A DNA stretch of 64,000 nt from Chitinophagales bacterium. Lineage in GTDB: Bacteria > Bacteroidota > Bacteroidia > Chitinophagales > UBA10324. The notes beneath the pieces are model-generated. The model ran no database searches. It was not told the DNA's origin and was given only the letters and a program-made list of their open reading frames with translations. The translations under genes were made by a program, and so were the position numbers. The stretch's first letter is position 1, and every line of letters starts with the position of its first letter. The stretch covers positions 38,051 through 102,050 of the forward strand of contig JACDDS010000004.1 in assembly GCA_013816805.1 (NCBI GenBank), read 5' to 3'. Below are positions 20,190 to 28,403 of the stretch, one piece after another.

Positions 20190-20443
20190 GGACGAGTTTT
20201 TTACAAAATAACAGTTTTCAATTCTAAGTAAAGCACAGAAGGTGTAAAAGGTACACTGACGTGATCCCAGGCAAAGCTAATCATGTTATGATTTTTGTTA
20301 TCTGTTTTTAGATCAACTGGTTACACGGATCTATAATAATCGTTAAGAAGTACTGAATTTCAATACAGGAGAAGCGGAATCTCATTCAACTGCTGCTTTT
20401 TCCCGTTCAACTTCATTCATTAGTTTTTACTTTAAATCAGTCA

Positions 20444-20451
20444 TAATTTTG
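20444..20451 (+). promoter_or_regulatory. candidate -7 box (TAATTTTG) upstream of the FG-GAP gene
   Basis: Exact TAnnTTTG match, 18 nt before the ATG at 20470. Confidence 0.35.
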
Positions 20452-20469
20452 CCCTTCAATAAATAAGTC

Positions 20470-23079
20470 ATGAAAAAATCAACTCTAATTCATTTTATAG
20501 CTTTTGCTATGCTTTTACCTTTTCTCTCTTATTCACAATCAAGTAATAAACCCTTGTTTGATAGCGCCTGGTATGGATTTAATACCGGCTATTATCCCGA
20601 TGGCCAAAGTCCTTCATCGGTAAAATCCGGCGACCTGGATAATGATGGAGATTCCGACCTGGTGGTTTCCCAGGAAAATTTTTCCAATGGTTTCGTAATG
20701 CTGAAAAATTTAAAAAAGGGAATCTATGACTTACCCGTCAAATACGCGTCTAAGAATGCTTCGAAAGATATTGTAATAGCCGATTTTAATAATGACAGCT
20801 TGCAGGATGTTGCTCTTACCAACACGGGGGTAAATTTTGATGGCAACACCATTTCTGTTTATATAAATAAAGGCAGGGCGGTTTTTAAGAAAGCAGTAAA
20901 TTATACAGTGGGCTCCTCTCCTGTAGGTATTGCCGCTGCAGATTTCGACAATGACGGTGACATAGATCTTGCCGTAGCTAATAATAAAAGTGCGACGGGT
21001 ACTTTATCTCTCCTGATTAACCAGGGAAGTGGAGTATTCGCCCCTGCTGTCACTTTTCCCTCGGGCTTAACTCCTTATAAAATCACTGCTGCAAAAATCA
21101 ATAGCGATAACCTTATTGACATAGTGATTGGCAATGAAGGAGAGAAAATGAATATTTTATTTAACGGCGGTAACAATGATTTTTCTAATAGGGTAGAGAT
21201 GAATGTGCTTGGTTTTGTATATGGAGGTGATGCAAATGCAAATGTAGAGGCAGCTGATTTTGATAATGACAACGATAATGATATTATCTATTCAAGCGCC
21301 TGGACTACTGATGGTACTGAGGGACAGATCGCTTTATTCAAAAACCAGGGAAACGGAACCTTTTCGCCCGTCCAATTTATTAACCTTGTTGCCTATACCG
21401 GTGGAGCTGTAGATATGAGCGTTGCCGACTTAAATGGTGATGGCTGGAAAGATATTGTTGGAGCGAATTTCCAGGGTAGAGTAGGAGATGGATACCAGGT
21501 AGTTCTGAATAATGGCAGCGGCGGCTTTTTACCGGCGGTGGTTATACCGGCTGGTCAGAGTACGTATACGCTAACAACGGCTGATGTAGATAAAGATGGA
21601 AAAATAGATGTGATTACTACGGATTGGTATTCACTTCAGGTTACTGTACACAGGAACTTTGGGAAAGCAAATTTTGGAGTTCCATCTACTTACTTCACCA
21701 ATAATGGTGTACCTGGGTCACTTGATGCGGCAGATATTGATGGGGATGGAGATCTTGATGTAGTGACGTCTGCTTCAAGCATCGCTGCTGTGGGCGTAGT
21801 GGTTACGGTTCAAAAAAATATGGGCAACGGAAAATTTACGAATGGCACTGCTTATTCCATAAGAAGTGGTGGTGTTCAGGCAAAGTTCCGTGATCTGAAT
21901 GGCGACCGGAAGCCCGATCTTATTTTTGCATCGGCCATCTCTTCACCACCTTACGATTTTCATACTGCCATAAATAATGGCGACGGAACCTTTGGCCCCC
22001 GACAAACCTGGAGTATGAACGCCTGTGGCTGGAGTGATATTGATGCATTCGATATGGATAATGATGGTGACCTGGATGCAGTATTAACGGAATGGCTCGG
22101 CTGCACGAATGATCCCAACTCCGCACGAAGAATATTTATCAGTAAAAATAATGGAAGCGGAACCTTTGGAGCTCCACTTATTAAAATAATAGATCCTTCT
22201 CCAAGCTGCCTGGCAGGCGGAGATATGAACCATGATGGCAAAATTGATCTGGTAACAGGGCAATCATTATCTGTAGATGTCCACATTGGAACGGGAACCG
22301 GGGATTTACAGCCACCCTTGCAATATGCAACAGAAAATTCTCCTTACGACATCCTGTTAAATGACTTTAACGGCGATGGAAACCTGGATGTCGCAACATG
22401 TACGGAGTATAATTTCGAAGGAATGAGTGTATTGCTTGGAAATGGTAACGGAACACTGCAGCCTGCACAAAATTACAAAGGAGCCTACTCTCCGGACCTG
22501 CGAAATGAATCCGGCATCACTTCCGGGGATGTAGATGCAGATGGGGATATTGATATTATAGTAGGCAACTCCGCTTCCAATGATGTATCTATATACCTGA
22601 ATAACGGAGACGGAACTTTCATTTTTAAAATGCGGTATGGCCTCTATTACAGTACTGCTTCTCCTTTTTATGCTGATTTTACCGGAGATGGCAAGAATGA
22701 TATTGTTGCAGCAGTATCTTTACCGCCTAGTGGTTTAACAGGAGCTATTGCTTTGATTAAAGGCAAGATTGTAACTCCCTTGGCAAAAAATTCGGCTGAC
22801 GTTATTATTGAAAACGATGCAGCCGGAAAAGGTTTAGTTGTTATGAACAACCCGTTCGTAAGTTATATTGATGTAAGATTTGAAGACATCGTATCCGGAT
22901 CCTTTACCTTAAAGCTAACTGATCTTTCAGGAAGGGTGATAGCGATTTCAGGCTTTACAAATGCTTCACCATCTGTTTTTCGGTTTAATTTAGGTACTGA
23001 TATTTTGCCGGAGGGTGCCTATATCCTTTCTGCAACAACTGAAGAAAAAACCTATGCAAAAATGGTGGTGAAGCAATAA
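20470..23079 (+). CDS. FG-GAP/VCBS repeat protein (about 14 repeats) with a T9SS C-terminal sorting domain
   Basis: 869 aa with a signal peptide. About 14 Ca-binding-type loops are visible (DLDNDGDSDLVV, DFDNDGDIDLAVAN, DIDGDGDLDVVTS ...). The C-terminal tail is NNPFVSYIDVRF...LPEGAYILSATTEEKTYAKMVVKQ. Confidence 0.85.
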   Translation: MKKSTLIHFIAFAMLLPFLSYSQSSNKPLFDSAWYGFNTGYYPDGQSPSSVKSGDLDNDGDSDLVVSQENFSNGFVMLKNLKKGIYDLPVKYASKNASKDIVIADFNNDSLQDVALTNTGVNFDGNTISVYINKGRAVFKKAVNYTVGSSPVGIAAADFDNDGDIDLAVANNKSATGTLSLLINQGSGVFAPAVTFPSGLTPYKITAAKINSDNLIDIVIGNEGEKMNILFNGGNNDFSNRVEMNVLGFVYGGDANANVEAADFDNDNDNDIIYSSAWTTDGTEGQIALFKNQGNGTFSPVQFINLVAYTGGAVDMSVADLNGDGWKDIVGANFQGRVGDGYQVVLNNGSGGFLPAVVIPAGQSTYTLTTADVDKDGKIDVITTDWYSLQVTVHRNFGKANFGVPSTYFTNNGVPGSLDAADIDGDGDLDVVTSASSIAAVGVVVTVQKNMGNGKFTNGTAYSIRSGGVQAKFRDLNGDRKPDLIFASAISSPPYDFHTAINNGDGTFGPRQTWSMNACGWSDIDAFDMDNDGDLDAVLTEWLGCTNDPNSARRIFISKNNGSGTFGAPLIKIIDPSPSCLAGGDMNHDGKIDLVTGQSLSVDVHIGTGTGDLQPPLQYATENSPYDILLNDFNGDGNLDVATCTEYNFEGMSVLLGNGNGTLQPAQNYKGAYSPDLRNESGITSGDVDADGDIDIIVGNSASNDVSIYLNNGDGTFIFKMRYGLYYSTASPFYADFTGDGKNDIVAAVSLPPSGLTGAIALIKGKIVTPLAKNSADVIIENDAAGKGLVVMNNPFVSYIDVRFEDIVSGSFTLKLTDLSGRVIAISGFTNASPSVFRFNLGTDILPEGAYILSATTEEKTYAKMVVKQ

Positions 23080-23121
23080 CATAATACTCGTTCCAGAAAT
23101 TGTCAGGTTATATAGTATATC

Positions 23122-23160
23122 ACGCTTCCGAATCAAATTCAGAAGCGTAATATTATTTTG
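23122..23160 (+). terminator. possible intrinsic terminator after the FG-GAP gene
   Basis: ACGCTTC(23122-23128)/GAAGCGT(23142-23148) forms a 7-bp stem with a 13-nt loop, followed by AATATTATTTT. The U-run does not start immediately after the stem. Confidence 0.35.
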
Positions 23161-23311
23161 TTGATTGTAGACTTTAAAAATAAGATCTTATTTAAAAGAC
23201 CTGTATACAATTCATTGCTTACATAAGTTACCGAGTAGTCAAAAAAATCAAGACTTTTTCTTTCATTGAATCATCTCGATAGGTTTACTACCGGGATGAC
23301 ACAATTATGTT

Positions 23312-25444
23312 TCAATATTTGAGAATCACCATCTTTTTAGTATCTATCGTTGTTCCGTCCACAATAAGTGAATAGTTATAGGTACCTGCAGAAAGGGAAC
23401 CGGCATCCAGTTTCAATACTCCTTTTCCCTGAGTTGAAATATTATTTTGCCTCACTATTTTACCTGCCTGGTCGCTGATTATTATTTGGGCTGAAAAGAA
23501 TTTGGATGGCAGAGCATACTGGATCTCTGTAGATTCATTAAAAGGATTAGGTGTGTTTTGTTCTAATGAAGCACTCGAAAGTGTTATAGCATTTTGAGAA
23601 ACATGTTCGATGTTGCCTTTTAACAATGATTGAACCTGGACCTTGAGCTCATCAATTTGAATTTGCAGATCGCTCATTTTTATATCCTTTTCATCATTTT
23701 TTGCTGAAAGCTCTTGCACTGCCTTAACCAATGGTACTACAAATTCTGCATAGCGTAAGCCATATAAATCTTTATCATTTTTTGCAGCATCAACGCCGCT
23801 AAAATCATAATTCAATTCTTTAGCTGCTTTCTCTACGTCTTGTGCAATAAAGCCGGTGTAGACAATTTGCTCCTTTTCTTTACGTGAAACTATTTCTTGC
23901 GGTGTAGTTTCCCTTATTTTGCCATTAGACATTTTAATAGCAGGGCGTTGTACAATTTTATCCATTGCGTTCAAATCAAAATTGAAGGTTACAGGTTGTA
24001 GCTTATTTATAAATGTTAGGCCAGGCACATTGGCTTTAATATTTTTCTTTACCCGACTATCAGAAGTAAAAGTCCAATCAACCTGACCTCCGATACTTGT
24101 TACATTTGTGTTACCAATACGCACCTGATTGCTTGCCGAAACGTAGGAGAAATAACCTATTGCAGTAGAATTACCTATACTACCAGGTGTTGACACATCG
24201 GCCTGAAGACCTATAGCTGTGTTGTATGATCCTGTAGTGTTACTGGCAAGGGCAAAATTTCCAGTTGCGGTATTGCCATATCCAGTAGAATAAGCAAGCG
24301 CACTATAGCCAGTAGCCGTATTGTCTGAAGCGGTTGTATTAGAATATAATGCTGACTCGCCAAACGCAGTATTGAAATTTCCAGAGGTATTAAGGTATAA
24401 TGAATGATATCCATTTGCTGTATTATCATGACCCGTAGTGTTATAAGAAAGAGCATTATAACCGTTAGCAGTATTGTTATTACCTGTAGTATTGCTCATC
24501 AGTGCATTGCTTCCGGTAGCTGTATTATAATTACCGGTATTAAATTCTAAAGCGAGAGAACCATTGGCTGTATTTGAAATGCCTGTTACGTTAAAATAAA
24601 GAGCCTTATATCCTGTTGCAGTATTATCACCTGCAGTGGTGTTTGAGTAAAGGGCGCTAATTCCATTGGCTGTATTATGGCCGCCGGTAGTATTTGAATA
24701 AAGTGACTGATATCCATTTCCCGTATTAGATTGTCCTGTTGTATTGGAATACAATGCCTGGAAGCCTGTTGCAGTATTATCGTAACCTGAAGTATTGGAG
24801 TAAAGTGCCTTTGATCCGATGGCAGTATTTGCAGTTGCATAAAAAAAGAGAGGCGCTCCATTATCATTATTAAATAATGCAGAATCGCCGATAGCAACAA
24901 TATTATGACGGATTACATTGCTATGTAAAGCATTAGTGCCTATAGCAACATTACTATAACCCGTGGTATTTAGTAAAAGCGTATTCATTCCAAATGCAGT
25001 ATTCCCATTAACAGGGTTTAATTCTCCTGCAGTGATGTTATTTACCCGAAATTTTAATGGCTGTAAGTCAGTAGTGCCAATAAAATTTATTGCAGGATCA
25101 ATAGCCGAATTTCCTGTAAGTAACCATCCTTTGGATTTTGATGTAACTGCCAACCATTTTGTTCCATCATAATAATAAAACCCTGGAGTACTATTGGTCT
25201 GATAAATTAGTAGTCCCGTTGCAGGTGTGGAAATCGCATCACGCTGAGCTTTTGTCATCCGCGGTGCAAGCATTCCCTTGGTGGTACTTATCATATCAAG
25301 AAGTGAAGATGTATTGGGTGTAGTAGTACCAATTCCTACACTTCCTGTAGAAGGAAAGGTATTTTGCGCATTACTGTAGTTAGTAATAACCGTAATCCTT
25401 ATCATTAATAGGAATACGACTGTTAAACGTTGAAGATTTTTCAT
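23312..25444 (-). CDS. tail-fibre-like surface protein: collar, ~17-residue repeat stalk, S74 intramolecular chaperone domain, coiled coil, T9SS sorting domain
   Basis: 710 aa with a signal peptide. About 15 repeats of the form NTAxGxxALxSNTTGxx span aa 148-430. SDSRVKKNIKANVPGLTFINKLQPVTFNF at aa 461 is the S74 chaperone signature. The C-terminus reads LEQNTPNPFNESTEIQY...GTYNYSLIVDGTTIDTKKMVILKY. Confidence 0.8.
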   Translation of the reverse strand: MKNLQRLTVVFLLMIRITVITNYSNAQNTFPSTGSVGIGTTTPNTSSLLDMISTTKGMLAPRMTKAQRDAISTPATGLLIYQTNSTPGFYYYDGTKWLAVTSKSKGWLLTGNSAIDPAINFIGTTDLQPLKFRVNNITAGELNPVNGNTAFGMNTLLLNTTGYSNVAIGTNALHSNVIRHNIVAIGDSALFNNDNGAPLFFYATANTAIGSKALYSNTSGYDNTATGFQALYSNTTGQSNTGNGYQSLYSNTTGGHNTANGISALYSNTTAGDNTATGYKALYFNVTGISNTANGSLALEFNTGNYNTATGSNALMSNTTGNNNTANGYNALSYNTTGHDNTANGYHSLYLNTSGNFNTAFGESALYSNTTASDNTATGYSALAYSTGYGNTATGNFALASNTTGSYNTAIGLQADVSTPGSIGNSTAIGYFSYVSASNQVRIGNTNVTSIGGQVDWTFTSDSRVKKNIKANVPGLTFINKLQPVTFNFDLNAMDKIVQRPAIKMSNGKIRETTPQEIVSRKEKEQIVYTGFIAQDVEKAAKELNYDFSGVDAAKNDKDLYGLRYAEFVVPLVKAVQELSAKNDEKDIKMSDLQIQIDELKVQVQSLLKGNIEHVSQNAITLSSASLEQNTPNPFNESTEIQYALPSKFFSAQIIISDQAGKIVRQNNISTQGKGVLKLDAGSLSAGTYNYSLIVDGTTIDTKKMVILKY
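24155..25003 (-). repeat. intragenic ~51-nt (17-codon) tandem repeat array of the tail-fibre-like gene
   Basis: The periodic NTA.G..AL.SNTTG.. units are visible in the translation. They also produce the two out-of-frame track ORFs at 24211-24456 and 24586-24900. Confidence 0.7.
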
Positions 25445-26299
25445 AGTGTATAGATATAATTGTTGCCTACTCTCGGAAAGGATTTTCGGCTTCCTCCTTA
25501 TAATGTTTTATAGTAATCAATAATATATAAAAGCGAGTTGCTTATTTAACAGATAAGCCTGTGACTATTCTTTGAAGCTATCATATGATTTGTCTGATAA
25601 TATTGAAAACAAAAGTAACCTGGTGAGGAGCCTGCGTCAAGTGCATGATGTGGTAGTAAGAGCAGACTTAAGTTTATTAAAGCTTTAAATGGTTAGATAA
25701 AATCTCACGATTGTAAGCTCTAATCAGAGTATGAGACAAATTCAAAATGAATAATAAACTATCCAACATTAAAAGTCGAAATCTTCTCTTCAAAAGACTT
25801 CGACTTTAATCAGCAAGTACCACTTCAGAATAAAAGGCATGAAATCAACCTGTTTATTCTAACATCTCATACTCATTTACTGGCAGGGGACTGAAATTGC
25901 ATAACCGAAACAGAATGATTTGCAGGGGACAATGAGTATCCCTGATTCAAGTGCAAGAAGTGATAATAGGTAAGTACTTAGTGAAACTTGAAATTGAGAA
26001 AGAGGGGCTTTTCAGAGTTTTAGCTGTGTAACCAGAGGTTAGAATCTTCTGAGTGATGGCTTTCAAATGTCTTCAGTCATGAATGAACGTGAAGATTCTC
26101 AGAATTTTTTCGATATAAAAGCGACCCCTGTTAATTAATTCAAGTCTGCTGCAAATCACTTCATATTTTAGTTCAAGAGGAAAAGGCAGCAGAATTTCTC
26201 ACGTCATTGTGAACCTAATCCAAAGATTCTCTTCTCTTGAAAATAAGGGAAGTGATTTCCAAAGATTTAAAAGATAATACAGTCCTTTCGAATAAAGAG

Positions 26300-28393
26300 C
26301 TATCGAACTTGAATAATTTTCTTAGAGAAAATTATTCCATCCACTATCATCCTTACGAAATAAATCCCTTCACTATTTCCGCTGAATGAATACTGATACT
26401 CTCCAGCAATTTGACTTTCATTTCGCAAAATCATTTTTACTTTTTGTCCGAAGAGGTCAAAAACTTCGAGTGAGACAGTAGAATTTTTTTGAAGTTTGTA
26501 ATGCAGTGTTGTTGACCGTTGAAAGGGATTGGGATAAATAGAAAAGGAAAAAGCATCTGCTTCAACATCCGGAGCACTGAGAATATTCTGAAGTGGCCGC
26601 TTCCAAACCCCTGCGCCGTAAGTGGGTGCATAAATTTCCGTACTGCTTAAAGCAAGTGAATACACTTTCAAATTCGATAATCCATCATTTACAGAAGTCC
26701 AGGTATCGCCCTTATCATTGGATAATAAAACGCCTGAGTCAGTTGCTGCAAAAATGTTTGTTCCGGAAAATTTTAGATCCCATACGAAATTGAATACCCC
26801 CTGCCCAATTTGATCCCATGTAGCTCCTTGATCCAAAGAACGAAGCTCTGTGATGGTGCCGCCATCGAAATAGCGGACATAAAGCGCAGAGTCAGATAGG
26901 AAAAGACAACAAGGAATTGCGAATGAATCAAGCGGGAGATTGGTAGCGCTAAATGTAGAACCGTTATCAGAAGAGTAATAAATATTGTTGGTATAATTGG
27001 GGGAATGAACAATAGTATACACTTCGCCGTTTAGGACAGAAACCTCATAAATGTGATCCAAAGAATCTGTAATTAGGATATTTTCCCATGTTACTCCATA
27101 GTCAGAAGAATGATACAGATAAGGATCATAAGAATCACCGGGCACAACATAGATGTCCGGGCTGTCAAGTGCTATAAATCCGAAAGAGAAGCCCGGGTTT
27201 GGAAGCTCAGACCACGATGAAGAAAACGGCGACCATTTAAACCAGTCGTAATAGTTGAAAAGAAAAAGGTTGTTTCCATCAGTAATCAAGTTACCGTACC
27301 ATGGATCAGGAGTAAAAACTAAGCCATCATTTGCTATGCTCCAGCTTGCACCATCATCTTCTGACCTGATTACACCTTTGGTTTCATAATCTTCAGTGAA
27401 CAAATCACCCCCACTCCAGGCGAGTGCATTACAACCTGATGCAACTAATCCCTCATTGGAGTAAGTCCAGTTAAGCCCATTATCATAGGAAATTGACACG
27501 CCGGCAACATCACCCATGAAAAGGTTTGCTCCTGAGAGCATGAGAGCAAAAACATATTTATCAGTTGAGTGCTGCCACGAGGTTCCATTGTCTGTAGAAA
27601 TCTGAACTCCTGTTGGCGAGCCTGCGATGAATGATGAACCAGTTTTTATCATTGCCGTCACGTATTCATAATTGTTAAGATGGCTCCAAAAATTCCAGGT
27701 TACGCCCCCATCATCGGATTCACGGATAAGCCCAAAATTTTCCTCGTACAAAGTATCTGAATCTGATAGCACAAGATGTGAGTACGCCAAAATATTCCCC
27801 TTCAAATTCCAATTAATGCCGTTGTCATTTGAAGAAAAAATTGCACCTGCAATAGTGCTTGCATAAACCTCACTTCCTGAAAGCAATGTTGAATTGATGC
27901 GTGAAGAAGAAGTTAAACCTGATTGACAGATGTTCCAGGTTGCGGCATTGTCGGAAGAATAATACATGCCGGAATCTGTTCCTGCCAACAGCATGGTGCC
28001 GGATTGAACCAAGGTGTTCACATTTAAATTCCCCAATCCGCTATTGCTCTCAGTCCAGTTGATACCTAAATCAGTTGAAAGATAAATTCCGCCGCCATAG
28101 GTGGCAGCGAACATTCCTGCGGGAAGAATAGCGTTGATTTTATAATACGGCAATCCGCTGTTTTCTTTTACCCATTCATTTCCGAATCCTGATACGCTGT
28201 AAATCTGACCTCCCGCGGTTCCGGCATAAATGGTAGTACCGATTTGTGCAAGCGCAGTTACACTTCCACCCTGAGGTCCCCTAGTTTGGGTCCATTGCGC
28301 GGTTGCCATTTGAATATGGAGTAGCATAAGGAAGCCGGAGAAGAGAGTAAATAATTTTCGACTCCCGATGTAATGCCGTTGAAATTTTTTCAT
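26300..28393 (-). CDS. BNR/Asp-box repeat beta-propeller protein with a T9SS sorting domain (paralog B)
   Basis: 697 aa with about 11 SxDxGxxW boxes (STDLGINWTE, SSDNAATWN, SDDGGVTWNF, STDNGTSWQH, SEDDGASWS, SSDYGVTWEN, SLDQGATWDQ, SNDKGDTWTS ...). The C-terminus reads FSIYPNPFQRST...GIYFVRMIVDGIIFSKKIIQVR. Confidence 0.8.
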   Translation of the reverse strand: MKKFQRHYIGSRKLFTLFSGFLMLLHIQMATAQWTQTRGPQGGSVTALAQIGTTIYAGTAGGQIYSVSGFGNEWVKENSGLPYYKINAILPAGMFAATYGGGIYLSTDLGINWTESNSGLGNLNVNTLVQSGTMLLAGTDSGMYYSSDNAATWNICQSGLTSSSRINSTLLSGSEVYASTIAGAIFSSNDNGINWNLKGNILAYSHLVLSDSDTLYEENFGLIRESDDGGVTWNFWSHLNNYEYVTAMIKTGSSFIAGSPTGVQISTDNGTSWQHSTDKYVFALMLSGANLFMGDVAGVSISYDNGLNWTYSNEGLVASGCNALAWSGGDLFTEDYETKGVIRSEDDGASWSIANDGLVFTPDPWYGNLITDGNNLFLFNYYDWFKWSPFSSSWSELPNPGFSFGFIALDSPDIYVVPGDSYDPYLYHSSDYGVTWENILITDSLDHIYEVSVLNGEVYTIVHSPNYTNNIYYSSDNGSTFSATNLPLDSFAIPCCLFLSDSALYVRYFDGGTITELRSLDQGATWDQIGQGVFNFVWDLKFSGTNIFAATDSGVLLSNDKGDTWTSVNDGLSNLKVYSLALSSTEIYAPTYGAGVWKRPLQNILSAPDVEADAFSFSIYPNPFQRSTTLHYKLQKNSTVSLEVFDLFGQKVKMILRNESQIAGEYQYSFSGNSEGIYFVRMIVDGIIFSKKIIQVR

Positions 28394-28403
28394 ATCGTTT
28401 TTG

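Noticed and set aside
24155-25003. Regularly spaced short repeats here, and at 32341-33060 and 49440-50430, that could be taken for a CRISPR-like array.
   Set aside because: The periods (51, 120 and 198 nt) are multiples of 3 and lie inside long ORFs. They translate into protein repeats (fibre stalk, TPR, MopE-like). The spacers are not unique sequence and there are no cas genes.
25445-26299. The inverted repeats in the long spacer as an invertible-promoter (phase-variation) switch.
   Set aside because: The repeats are only 8-10 bp, which is near chance expectation for this length. No site-specific recombinase gene is nearby.
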